The notes: generated from the sequence alone by a model not told the origin. 64,000 bases of DNA from Octopus vulgaris (GCA_951406725.2 OX597825.1:23250001-23314000), one strand, 5' to 3'. Shown: positions 41,313-53,895, counted from the stretch's first letter. Program-made: numbers and translations.

Positions 41313-41690
41313 TAACAAGGATGTCGAGGTATTAGTGTATTACAGCCATTCCAAACGGCTCCAATTAATTGATCAATGCAAGCTTTACCTCAATTTGAAA
41401 TAATCCGCTTTCCTCGGATGCATAAGACCATATAAGTTTTCAGCATGCAGGATACTCCATTATAATTCTGTTATAATAATAGCAATAAGCATGTAATTCT
41501 TTTATTCTCTAGTTCTGATGAAAAATTTGCTAAAAAATTATAATGGAGTGTCCTGTATGTTGAAAACATATATGGTCTTATGCAACCGAGGAAAGCGGGC
41601 TATTTCAAATTGATGTAATGCTTGCATTGTTCGATTAAATGAAGCTGCTTGAAACGGCCATAATGCACTGATACCTGGACATCCTTGTTA
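41313..41690. mobile_element. Old inverted repeat (155-bp arms) containing degenerate hammerhead motifs; probable PLE pseudo-LTR relic
   Basis: Arms 41313-41467 and 41536-41690 with many substitutions. The right arm reads TGCAA-CCGAGGA-AAGCGG...CTGCTT-GAAAC-GGCC-ATA-ATGCA. The left arm (reverse complement) keeps GGCT-GTA. Confidence 0.55.
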
Positions 41691-41819
41691 ATTATTTGCT
41701 TCGTGTATATATATATTGGCCTACTCACTTAGCCAGCGGGGTGGCGTCGTTCAAAGGCTAAAACAATGCGAACGCATTGTGACCAGCGATGTGTAACAAC
41801 ATCTGATGGTCTGGTCGGT

Positions 41820-41888
<69 letters not shown>

Positions 41889-42167
41889 ACAAAATTGGAC
41901 AAGAATTCAAAACATCCAGACAGGTGATACAAAAAAGAGACAACAAAACATCCAGACAGACAATACAAAGAAAACAAAGACAGGTCATTCAGAGTTTTCT
42001 TTCCTCAGTCGAGTTCCAGATTATCTTTGCAGTTTTGGCTGGTTAGATATGTGTATATATATATAATTGTATATCCATGTGTGTATGCACCTGTGTGTGT
42101 ATATACAGATATCTGAGTATATTCCATCCCATGATCTTTGAATCACAATACCCTGAGGAATAATCCT

Positions 42168-42485
42168 TCAGTTTGCTATTTCCTGATAATAAAAATAATA
42201 TTTCCGAAATTCAGTCCATAAGACTAAACTCAATATTGTGTGTGGAACAAGTCTGGTAAAAGATGGCCCCCATCCTTTATAGAAACCCCATATTCCCTCC
42301 GACTTGAAGATCTTGCTAAAGCAGTTTAAAGGTCCTGAGTAATACAAGCCACGACCATTGGCATCGATACCTTGGTTGTACAGACGAGTGGAAACGACAT
42401 CAAATGGCGTCATGAACAGTGTTACTAACACTCCGCTGATCATACTCGCTAGTAAAGCATTGAGCCAACTGTTTGAGGGGAAGAT
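42168..42485 (-). CDS. SLC25A35: Terminal coding exon of a mitochondrial carrier, SLC25A34/35-like
   Basis: Pyrimidine tract and CAG acceptor at 42486-42488. The 318-nt phase-0 exon reads IFPSNSW...[13 protein letters not shown]...[25 protein letters not shown] and ends in TGA at 42168-42170. [12 protein letters not shown] is the third-repeat carrier signature as recalled for SLC25A34/35 and yeast Oac1-like carriers. 34 versus 35 orthology cannot be resolved here. Confidence 0.92.
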   Translation of the reverse strand: MFPSNSWLNALLASMISGVLVTLFMTPFDVVSTRLYNQGIDANGRGLYYSGPLNCFSKIFKSEGIWGFYKGWGPSFTRLVPHTILSLVLWTEFRKYYFYYQEIAN

Positions 42486-43708
42486 CTGTGAGAGAAAGAG
42501 AAAGAAAGGAAAAAACGAATTAGACAATGTTGCATATAATAAACAGTAATAATATTTCATCATCATCATCATCATCGTCACTACAATGATAAGAATGGTT
42601 TCATATTCTGGCACAAGGCCAGCAATTTCAAGGAAGGGGGTAAGGCAATCAACTGGTACTTATTTTAATCAACCCCAAAGGGATAAAAAGTGAAGGCGCA
42701 ATGGCCCAGACTGATGTCTGAGGATCGCATCAAGTGGCTTCTAACGGCGGAAGCCTGAACTACTACGGGTTTCCAGTTACTTTTGGCCACCCATCTGTAG
42801 CATATTGAAACGACCATACTCTACACGCTTTACTTCCAAGCATGGCTATAAACAACAGAAGCAAAAATGTTAATAATTAGCAGTGTGCATGGCTCAAGGT
42901 CAATCAGTATCAAATAGCTTTGCTTTGTGAGTGTGTATGTATGTGTGTATCATCATCATCATCGTTTAGCATCCGCTTTCCATGCTGGCACGTGTTGGAC
43001 AGTGCAACTGGGGTCTGGGAAGCCAGAAGGCTGCACCAGGCCCAGTCTGATCTGGCAATGTTTCTACGGCTGGATGCCCTTCCTAACGCCAACCACTCCG
43101 TGAGTGTAGTGGGTGCTTTTTACGTGCCACCGGCACAGGTGCCAGACGGGGCTGGCATATACATATATATACGTGCACACACATATATGTATATGTATAT
43201 ATTTATATGAGTGTGTGTCTTTGTGTTAACAACTCCACAATCACTGCTTGGCAACTTGGGTTGGACTGGAAGAAAGGAAGGCAGGAAGGAGGGCAAGAGC
43301 GAAAGAAGAAAGGAACGAATGAACAAAGGAAGAAACACATGAAGGAATGAGTCAACAAAGGAAGGAATGAGTCAGCAAAGGAAGGGACTAATGAATGAAC
43401 AAACGAAGACAGGGTGAAAGGGAGACAGACAGACAGGCAGGCTGAAAGACAAACAGACAGGCAGTCATGGATGTGGAAGGGAAGTAATCGTAAATGAAAA
43501 ATCAGTTCGAGTTACTTCCCCTGTATAACACCCGGCAGGCAGACAGGCAGATAGGTTGCCCACAACATGATGAAACTGACCAATGACCCTTCTTCGATGA
43601 AATACACTAAATGGTCACACAAACAAATCCAAATTGAAAGGAAAAAATTTTTTAAAAAGCGTTGAAGACTGAAGGTCAAAGCAAAACTGATGACAATAAT
43701 TCCTGTAC

Positions 43709-43927
43709 CTTTGTGTTGACAATGAATGCTTTCGATGTGGAGAATGTTGACAACTGAATAGCAGATCCTATCGTGACCCTGGGAAGGGCCCCACTGACAC
43801 CTCGCCACATACCGCATATTCCAAAATCTCTGTACGTCGTACTTAATCCCTGAATCAAGCCGTAATGTTTGTGTTGGTAACCTACAGCGATCGCTTCTGT
43901 AGCTTGAGCCTGGAGTTGGGTCTTTAC
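43709..43927 (-). CDS. SLC25A35: Internal coding exon of the SLC25A34/35-like carrier
   Basis: Acceptor ttttacag (CAG at 43928-43930) and GT donor (43707-43708). The 219-nt phase 0/0 exon reads VKTQLQAQATEAIAVGYQHKH...GMWRGVSGALPRVTIGSAIQLSTF and splices in frame to the 42485 exon. Confidence 0.92.
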
Positions 43928-44799
43928 CTGTAAAATAATCAACAGGAAGAACGGTTTTTAAAAAACTCATAACAATACTTTGGAATGTTATCTAGTTTTA
44001 TTTGAGAAACAGGGATTTTGCGAAAAGCAAACAAGATTTTTCAGTCGATTAATCACAAAAGATACGGGAATGTTTTTTTTTCTTGATAATTTTATTTTTA
44101 TTTTTTAATTTCTTTTTTGTTTCAGTCATCAGACTGCAGCCCACAAATCAACCCTTATGCCCACCACCCTGGTACTTAAGTTTTTTCAAACCTGGCACTT
44201 CTATCAGTACTTATTCTATATAAACACACCAACAACAGCTGCCAAGCAGTACTGAAGAACACAAAGACATACACACCATACATACATATATATAAATTAA
44301 TTTTAAATAAAAAGAAACAAAGTAAAAAATCAATGGCTGTGTGTTAAGTAGCTTGCTAACCAAGCACATGGTTCCGGGTTCAATCCCACTGCGTGGCATC
44401 TTGGGCAAGTGTCTTCTGCTATAGCCTCGGGCCGACCAAAGCCTTGTGAGTGGATTTGGTAGACGGAAACTGAAAGAAGCCTGTCGTATATATGTATATA
44501 TATATGCATGTGTGTGTATTTGTTTGTGTGTCTGTGTTTGTCCCTCCAGCATCGCTTGACAACCGATGCTGGTGTGTTTACATCCCTGTCACTTAGCGGT
44601 TCGGCAAAAGAGACTGATAGAATAAGTACTGGGCTTACAAAGAATAAGTCATGGGGTCGATTTGCTCGACTAAAGGCGGTGCTCCAGCATGGCCGCAGTC
44701 AAATGACTGAAACAAGTAAAAGAGTAACCTGAGGACATGGTACAGGCAAAGTATTAAAAGACGCTCAGGGGAGGAAAGAAAGTTAGTTTTACGTTTGGG

Positions 44800-45634
44800 T
44801 ATAGGAAACATCAGATGTGATGTGCAAGAGAGACGACTGGGTTGGTATGGTCATGTGTTGCATACGGATGAGGAGAGCTGTGTGAAGAAGTATCACACCC
44901 TAACAGTAGAAGACGTAGACCCAGGAAGACCTAGGATGAGGTGGTAAAGCACAACCTTCAAATGCTGGGCCTCACAGAGGCAATGGCAAGCAACCAGGAC
45001 CTTTGGAGATATGCTGTGCTTGAGAAGACCCAGCAAACCAAGTGAGATCGTAGCTGTGACTGATGCCTGTGTCACATAACCAGCCCATTTAAGAGTACCC
45101 TTCAGGTGTCAGGCAATATGCTGTGCTTGTGAAGACCCGTTCAGTCAAGTGAAATCATTGTTGTGGCTGATGCCAATGCCACTTGACTGGCACCCATGCT
45201 TGTGGCACGTAAAAAGCACCATTGAAGCATGGCCAATGCTAGTGTCACTTGACTGGCCTCCATGCCAGTGGCACATAAAAAGCACCCACTACACTCTTGG
45301 AATCGTTGGAGTTAGAAAGGGCATCTAGCTGTAGAAACCTTGCTAGATCAGACTGGAGCCTGGTACAGCCTCCTGGTTCACCAGTTCTCAGTCAAGTTGA
45401 ATGGGGTTGAGTCATTCAACTAAAAATTCAAGGTGGTGCCTCAGCATGGCCGCAGTCTAATGACTAAAACAAGAGATATATGAGTGGTTGGCGTTAGGAA
45501 GGGCATCCAGCTGTAGGAACACTGCCAGATCTGACTGGCCTGGTGCAGCCTTCGGGCTTCCCAGACCCCAGTTGAACCGTCCAACCCATGCTAGCATGGA
45601 AAACGGACGTTAAACGATGATGATGATGATGATG

Positions 45635-45636
<2 letters not shown>
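44800..45636 (+). mobile_element. RTE-type LINE 3' fragments and (GAT)n-tailed 3' end
   Basis: ERRLGWYGHVL...RPRKT-like remnants. Similar to 59300-59580 and 61130-61640. Confidence 0.65.
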
Positions 45637-45667
<31 letters not shown>

Positions 45668-47144
45668 AATTAGAGAAGAACCAAATTTTACCAATTCAAC
45701 AATGAAAGAACAATGATATAATTAAATTATACCATATAGAAAAAAATTAAATAAAGTACAAAATAATTGAGTATATAAGTATATAATTGAGAAGGTGAAA
45801 GGGGAGATTGAGGTATATCAGAATAAAACAGTTGATGCTAAGTTAAGAGAATTACACATATGTATGTATGTACGAACATACATATATATGTACCATATAT
45901 ACTTGAGTAATAATCAATCTCATGTAAAAGTTGACGCTATATTTTTGGCCAAAACCTTGGGAATTTTCCATAGACCCCATATAAAAGTCGACCCTAGTAT
46001 TTCACGTACAACAGGACAGCATTTGTGGGGTGAAAGTACCATATTATCATGTATGTAGAAATATCATTGTTACAAAATTGTGTGTCTACCTTAATGCAGC
46101 CTGCTCTATAGGTGGAATGCTTGATGCTTATAATGGAATATTCAATGCTTATAGTAAAACACCATTTAATAGCAAGCACTACACATCTGTTGATGGGTGC
46201 TACATTACCATTACTAAAATGCATGCACAGGATATGCTGCAAGCCTGCATACATCTTCAAGTACAATAAACACATGCATCATACACTGGCAAATGCCACT
46301 GTCTGAATTCATACAAAGGCATGACTTTGGTAACCTAAAAACATCTAATTAATCGCTAGATCAGTGGTTCCCATGTGACCTTTATATTTTACTAGGACGT
46401 CAGTTTTGATGCATAGAATTGGTAATATTACTGTAATTTTTTTTTTTCTTCTTTTATTCGCTTAGGGATCAGTTAACTTCTGCTGCTGATACGGTACTTC
46501 GAACTCTAGCTTGAATTTCAGCCCCTCAAAAGTAGTATCCATGTAATTAGTCGCGACCCCAAAAATTTGACATTAAAAAAAAAAGGTCTAAAAAATTTAA
46601 CTTTAACACTAGTATGTACGGTATGTATCTATATATGTATCTGTACGTATATATTCAAGAGACATTTAACACTGAAAAGAAAAGCAGGGTAACACGAATA
46701 ACATATTTAATGAAATCTACATTGACCTTCAAAGGAGAATTATGAACTGTGATGGGAGGGGTGGTGTACTGATGGTGAAAGAGTGTAATGGTATGTGGAT
46801 GGTTTTGAACTACTTTTAGTCAGGTAGGTCATATAATGTGAGACGAAGATTACTATGTCGCCTATGCATGTGTGTGCACACGAGTGCAGATGTGCATATG
46901 CACATATATATATGTGTGTGTGTATAAATGCGTATGTTTGTGCACGTGAATTATGTATGTGGGTGTGTTGAGTCAATGTGATTTATATACATTTATGCAT
47001 ATGCGTTTGTCCATGTGGATTATGTATGAAGATACGTATGTATGCAGGTATATAAATATATATATATATATACCTATATATACATATACATATATATATA
47101 TATATATATACATGTATATATATATATATATACATGTATATATA

Positions 47145-47360
47145 TATTCACTTGTTTCAGTCATGTGACTGAGGCCATGCTGGAGCACCGCCTTTAGTCG
47201 AACAAATTGACCCCCAGGACTTATTCTTTGTAAGCCTAGCACTTATTCTATCGGTCTCTTTTGCCGAACCACTAAGTTACGGGGACGTAAACACACCAGC
47301 ATCAGTTGTCAAGCAATGTAAGGGGGATAAACACAGAAACAAACATATACACACACACAC

Positions 47361-47454
<94 letters not shown>

Positions 47455-47502
47455 ACACACACACATACATACACACGCACATACATACACACACACACAC
47501 AC

Positions 47503-47534
<32 letters not shown>

Positions 47535-47586
47535 ACACACACATACACACACACACACATACATACACATACACACACACATAAAT

Positions 47587-47619
<33 letters not shown>

Positions 47620-47721
47620 ACATACATACACACACACACACACAAATACATACACACACACACACATAAATACATACACACACACACACATAAATACATA
47701 CACACACACACACACACAAAT

Positions 47722-47770
<49 letters not shown>

Positions 47771-47935
47771 CACGACGGTTTTCTTTCAGTTTCCGTCTAC
47801 CAAATCCACTCACAAGGCATTGGTCGGCCCGAGGCTATAGTAGAAGACACTTGCCCAAGATGCCACGCAGTGGGAGTGAACTCGGAACCACGTGGTTGGT
47901 AAGCAAGCTACTTACCACACAGCCACTCCTGCGCT
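47145..47935 (-). mobile_element. tRNA-derived SINE family B with an expanded internal microsatellite (representative copy)
   Basis: A/B-box-like head GGAGTGGCTGTGTGGTAAG...GGTTCAGTCCCA and CORE-like GGCACCTTGGGCAAGTG. Other copies at about 1946-2337(-), 24030-24455, 29638-29950, 33028-33695 (tandem), 34350-35035(-), 44335-44725, 49310-49650, 52026-52470, 57540-57935 and 58895-59285. Confidence 0.85.
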
Positions 47936-48434
47936 TCAGATAACGTTTCATTATTTTCAACGAATTTGATAAACAGTACCAAAAATACACACACACACAC
48001 ACACACACACGCACGCACCTTTATGTAATTGTTTACATCTTAAAAATATATATTATTACATCACACGAAACCTGTTTATTCCAAGTACTTAATGACGAAG
48101 TTGACTGTGTTTGTTTACGAGAGAAATTTACTTCAGTACAAACGCATCTCTCTCTCTTTCGTTTCATTCTTAAAACGTTCATATTGGGAACTAAACAAAT
48201 ATACACACCTATACTTACAAACAAACAAACAATCAAAGACAGGTGGACAGATAAATATGACTTATTTACAGGTGTTGGCATCACACTTCGTATCCAGTAT
48301 TGCTTTTATGCATCAATGATTTATTTTTATTTTGTTTTTTTGTCAATTCGCTGTTGAACTATATTTGTTTACCGACGAAAAACGTCTGTCTTGATATTCT
48401 GCGATTTGTCAGACTAAGAAATTATTGTGTCTGT

Positions 48435-48580
48435 GTGTATACATATATATTCATATATATATATATACATGCACATAGATACATATATATATATACATAC
48501 ACACATATATATATATACATACACATACATACATATATATATATACATACATACATATATATATACATACACATATATAC

Positions 48581-48619
<39 letters not shown>

Positions 48620-48842
48620 CATACACATACATATATAGATGTACATACACATACATATATAGATGTACATACACATACATACATATATATATATACATAC
48701 ACATACATACATATATATATATACATACACATACATACATATATATATATACATACACATACATACATATATATATATACATACACATACATACATATAT
48801 ATATATACATACACATACATATATAAATATACATATACATAC

Positions 48843-48873
<31 letters not shown>

Positions 48874-48966
48874 CATACACATACATATATATATATATAT
48901 ACATACATACACATACATATATATATATATATACATACATACACATACATATATAAATATACATAC

Positions 48967-49007
<41 letters not shown>

Positions 49008-49104
49008 CATACATATATATATATACATACACATACATACATATATATATATATATATACATACACATACATATATAAATATACATACATATATATATAT
49101 ACAT

Positions 49105-49143
<39 letters not shown>

Positions 49144-49305
49144 CACATACATATATAAATATACATACACATACATACATATATATATATATACATACAC
49201 ATACATACATATATAAATATACATACACATACATACATATATATATATATATACATACACATACATACATACACATACATATACATGCACATACATATAC
49301 ATACA
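48435..49305. repeat. Compound (TA)n/(CATA)n/(CA)n microsatellite (largest of many)
   Basis: Direct reading. Similar tracts at 4420-4800, 6065-6690, 7200-7567, 19369-19787, 35630-35910 and 54617-54728. Confidence 0.95.
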
Positions 49306-49941
49306 CAGGTGCATGGCACCTTGGGCAAGTGTTTTCTACTATAGCATTAGGCCAACCAAAGCCTTGTGAGTGGATTTGGTAGACGGAAACTGAAAGAAGC
49401 CCGTCGTATATATGTATGTGTGTTTGTGTGTGTTTGTGTGTCTGTGTTTGCCCCCCACCCCAACATCACTTGACAACCGATGATGGTGTGTTTACGTTCC
49501 CGTCACTTAGCGGTTCGGTTCGGCAAAAGCGACCGATAGAATAAGTACTGGGCTTACAAAGAATAAAGTCCTGGGGTCGATTTGCTCGACTAAAGGCGGT
49601 GCTCCTGCATGGCCACAGTCAAATAACTGAAAACAAGTAAAATAGTAAAAAAACACAATAGTAATATATAAACACATACACACACATATGCATGTATACG
49701 TTCCTTTTTAACTTTGTGTTTAGAATTATCTCTAATCGTTTATGTATTCTACACACTGGATTGCTTACTTAAGCATTCAGACCACCAGTTACTTGAGCTG
49801 GCGTACGCGAAGCAGAGGACTTCTAGTGAGCTTCTCTCTCTCCTCGTTTCTTCCTCCTTGTTTTTCTTCCATATCTCCACCCCACTAGGCAACCTTATAA
49901 TCTGGTTTACTATATGTCCGTATATTGCGAAGTGAATGACA

Positions 49942-50445
49942 TCTATCTATATAAAACTGTAGTTGTGTGAGTGTCTGTCCCCTTCGATTTAGATTCCTAA
50001 CTACTCCCACATTTTGCGGTGCAGTTTAACCAAATTCGGGTATCTTATAGTCGTGATTCATATCGAGCCCGTCTGAGTATTAGCGCGCGTCTACGATGAG
50101 TCTACGATTTTAAAAATAATTTAACATCATTTTTTATTCCATTTTAATGCATAATTTTTCGTGTGTCGATGGCGGCGGAGTTGGCGTCCATGGTCACACC
50201 TGCACCTGTTTGCTTCTCCCCTTCTTCCCTCCCTCGTGAAGCTGTGGGGGAAGGGAGTGTAAGGAAATCAACGTCGTAATGCGTTGTCAAGGAGACCAGC
50301 GTTCTTTAAGGTAATGGCTTCAAGACACCAAAACAGAAATGGCTAAGAAAGCCCGAATTGGCATCTATAAAGGAAGTAACTCTCTAAAAATGCTTATATA
50401 GTTATTTCCCTTACAAACCCGAGCAACGCCGGGCGATACTGCTAG
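49942..50445 (+). mobile_element. Non-autonomous Helitron sharing both ends with the 3' module of the 37-39 kb composite
   Basis: TC start, shared tgtctgtccccttcgatttagattc segment, hairpin plus CTAG end. Confidence 0.7.
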
Positions 50446-51214
50446 TCTCTCTCTATATATATATATGGGTGTATGTGTAGTGCGTGCGTGCGTCCGTCCG
50501 CATGTACGTACATACATACATACATATTAAGCTCAAAAGCAGGAAAGCAAATCAACTCACAAGATTTTGGTCGATCAAGGCTATAGTAGGAGCCACTACT
50601 ACGTAGCACCGTGGTTTGTACACAAACATCATACTTTTCACTCAGAGAGAGGGGGAGGGAGGAGAGAGAGAGAGGAAGGAGAGAGAGAGACCTCTAGTCA
50701 CAAAGAGGTAACTACTCTCTGTCTTTCTCTAGTCAATTCTTATCCTAGCAATTATGATTTCATAACAATCTCCTCCTCTCTAACTTTGGTCACCTAAGTA
50801 ACAGAAATTATCTACAGCCTCTAAGGATCCTCTTGGGCAGTTGAGAAAAACCTTTCTCCCACGGATTCTTGGTGCTTATTGCTCCAAGGAATATGCCACT
50901 CTTAGCTTCCCTGTGATTCCACTGCACTACACTTTGCACCGAGTACACAATATGAAATTTGTAACAACTCTCCTACGCAATGAGCAATGCCATTTACTTG
51001 AGGGGAACCGATTCCTCCTTGTTTTCCCCCGTTGCTGGTACGTTGATATTTGCTAAGTTATCTCTAACGCCAAACAACACCCTTTGGTTCTACGTTTTGC
51101 TCCATGCCTAAAATATCTGTAATATTTTTTTACAGAGTTACCTATATGAAGGGTTATTAATGTAAGACTTCCAACAGCTACCTGATCTTACACTTCTGTT
51201 GTAGCCACGATAAG

Positions 51215-51893
51215 TGAACCCTAGTGCACTAAATTTTGTTACGGTATTCGTTGCCAACTTTCAAATTACTGAACGTACTCCAGCACGTGGCTAAAGTGGC
51301 TCTCACCAGCCATTCATCTACACCTAGGTTCTATAGTGGCCGCCAGATAAGAGGGCGAGAAATTGTCAAAAAGGCTTTCTCCAGGTAGAGTGAGGCAAAA
51401 CGATAACTGAACCCTAGTGCACTAAAATTTGTTGCTGTACTCGTTACCAACTTTCAAATTACTGAACGTACTCCTGTACATGGCTAAAGTGGCTCTCACC
51501 AGCCATTCATCTATACCTGTGGAGACACATGGCCTAGTGGTTAGAGCAGTGGACTCGCGGTCGAGGGATCGTGGGTTCGAATCTCAGACCGGGCGATGTG
51601 AGTGTTTATGAGAGAAACACCCAAGCCCCACGCGGCTCCGGCAGAAGGTAATGGCGAACTTCTGCTGACTCTTTCGCCACAACTTTCTCTCACACTTTCC
51701 TTCTGCATCTTGCAGCTCACCTGCGACGGACCAGCGTCTCGTCCAGGTGGGGAACCTATACGCCAAGGAAACCAGCCCTTATTAGCCAGGCGTGGCTCGA
51801 GAAGAAACATTCATCTACACCTAGGTTCGTTCTATAGTGGCCACCAGATAAGAGGGCGAGAAATTATCAAAAAGGCTTTCTCCGGGTAGAGTG
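51215..51893 (+). repeat. ~190-bp direct tandem duplication
   Basis: GAACCCTAGTGCACTAAA...GGCTTTCTCC(A/G)GGTAGAGTG occurs twice. The second copy is split by a SINE. Confidence 0.85.
51519..51808 (+). mobile_element. tRNA-derived SINE inserted in the second copy of a local tandem duplication
   Basis: TSD CATTCATCTA(T/C)ACCT. A related copy lies at about 60510-60770(-). Confidence 0.8.
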
Positions 51894-52198
51894 GTTTACT
51901 TCCGAGTAAATATTTCCCCCGGCGTTGCTGGCGGTAACAATATTAATGCTTATTCCTTGGTATTTCTTTGTTCCTTTCCTCTTCCTCTTTCATTGTTGCT
52001 CCTCAAATACCAAGTAACAACTTACAGGCGTAGGAGTGGCTGTGTGGTAAGTAGCTTGTTTACCAACCACATGGTTCCGGGTTCAATCCCACTGCGTGGC
52101 ACCTTGGGCAAGTGCCTTCTACTATAGCCACGGACCGACCAAAGCCTTGTGAGTGGATTTGGTAGACGGAAACTGAAAGAAGCCCGTCGTATATATGA

Positions 52199-52241
<43 letters not shown>

Positions 52242-52749
52242 CGTGTGTATAAATATATATATATATGTGCGTGTGTGTTTGTCCCCCTAGCATTGCTTGA
52301 CAACCGATGCTGGTGTGTTTATGTCCCCGTCACTTAGCGGTTCGGCAAAAGAGACCGATAGAATAAGTACTGGGCTTACAAAGAATAAGTCCCAGTGGGT
52401 CGAGTTGCTCGATTAAAGGCGGTGCTCCAGCATGGCCGCAGTCAAAATGACTGAAGCAAGTAAAAGGGAAAAAAAGAAAGAAAAAGAAAGAACTTCCTCT
52501 TCCGTTTCCCCCGTTTGCTCTTCCTCTCTTTCTCTTGCTTGCCATTCAATCTCCTCTATCCTCATAAACACAACTACATTGTTTTCAATTTTCAATGGCA
52601 AAAACACTTGGAATGTCCAAGGGTATCGCTAATAATTTTATTTATCCATTTTTTTACCATCAACCTTTTTTTTTTTTTTTTTTTTGCAATGGAGTGTTTT
52701 TCCCCATTTTATTATTTTTTTTTTTTCATTTGCATCACTTCTTCATTCT

Positions 52750-53477
52750 TTAGCTTCTCGCATTGGTTTCTCGATGCCCTGTTGCGGCACTAAACTTGGA
52801 ATGGTAAAGCCAGAAGGTATTACTGACCTTACGATGCAGATTGGCTTCTGTCGACATTTTGTGGCAACTGGAAGCCACCTGCCTACCTTTAGTGTTCGTA
52901 AGCTTTTGTCTTAACACGAGTATGCTCCATAATGAGCTTGCTTCAAGAACTGCCTGGCCAATAGCTTTGTTGGTTCCTGTTTCCAAGTACTGCCAGCGCA
53001 TGAGCATAACTTGACAGTCTTCTTTTTGAAACATCCGTTCCCATCTTCCGCCGTTCTTTCTCCTTAGGTTTTGGTTCCTCACAAGTTCTTGCCTGTTGCA
53101 CTTGCACTTTTTTCTTCTTCCAAGATCAAAACATTCTCCAATTTCGGAGCGAATTTAACGCTTTTGTGAGATTTAAATCTGCAATTGATACATCTACATC
53201 TTCTTGGAACTATATTTCCTTTGTGTGACGTAAATTCAGAAGTGATTTCATCTGATTGAGGAGTCGTGTTGATTGGCTCAACAGCAACAGAATTACTTGT
53301 CCTAGAACATGACATAAAAATATTCCTGAACTGTCGACCGGCCTGGGAGAAGCGTTTACCCACACGCTCTGTTAGACTGACCCTGACTGCTGGCGATGAC
53401 GAAGATGATGGCGCCAACGTCTCAAAAGAAACTGAATCCAACGATGCGCATTCCTCCGGATCCCTATTCATAGCCAT
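52750..53477 (-). CDS. Putative intronless orphan gene. 132-aa ORF (53079-53477), extendable to about 242 aa by one extra A in the A6 run at 53108-53113. RVxF-motif protein.
   Basis: Non-repetitive, protein-like sequence. Two overlapping ORFs join as ...ILEEEK-KCKCNRQELVRNQNLRRKNGGRWERMF... if one base is added. KSVKF at 53151-53165, an upstream TATA box and a downstream AATAAA (52708-52713). No homology search was possible. Confidence 0.5.
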
Positions 53478-53518
53478 ATCCGTCTGTACGTTAAATTCAA
53501 ATCTGAGGAATATGTAAA

Positions 53519-53581
53519 TTACTTTTTCTGTTTGGGTCTCAGCTTTCGGTTGAAATATTCTATCTGGCTTTCAACAAGCAT
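53519..53581 (-). CDS. 20-aa upstream ORF (MLVESQIEYFNRKLRPKQKK) in the presumed 5' UTR of the 53-kb gene
   Basis: ATG at 53581 and TAA at 53519-53521. It lies between the TATA box and the main ATG at 53477. Confidence 0.4.
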   Translation of the reverse strand: MLVESQIEYFNRKLRPKQKK

Positions 53582-53667
53582 TGAATATGATGAATTTAGT
53601 AAAATAACTTAAAAGTTATAATGCTGGCTTCAGAATACAGAGATGAAATTTTGCGGAAGCGTTTTCC

Positions 53668-53765
53668 CTTTTATAAAGGAATTTTAAGCCAAAAATCAAA
53701 AAGATCCAGATTCGCTTCGAATAAGTTTCTCTCAAAAAGACGTAATGCCATTGTGATGTCATCAC
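53668..53765 (-). promoter_or_regulatory. Candidate Pol II core promoter: TATAAAAG plus ATF/CRE-like palindrome GTGATG-T-CATCAC
   Basis: TATAAAAG on the minus strand at 53675-53668. A 13-bp palindrome containing TGACATCA at 53753-53765. A TTACGTC half-site near 53739-53745. Confidence 0.45.
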
Positions 53766-53835
53766 CTCCTCACATCATCTCTAATTGCTTACAGATGCGT
53801 ACATATGTATGCATACACACATACACATGCATCTA

Positions 53836-53887
<52 letters not shown>

Positions 53888-53895
53888 CCCGTCTG

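Noticed and set aside
45994-46306. Overlapping short ORFs considered as the missing carrier exon
   Set aside because: No mitochondrial-carrier signature in the translated frames.
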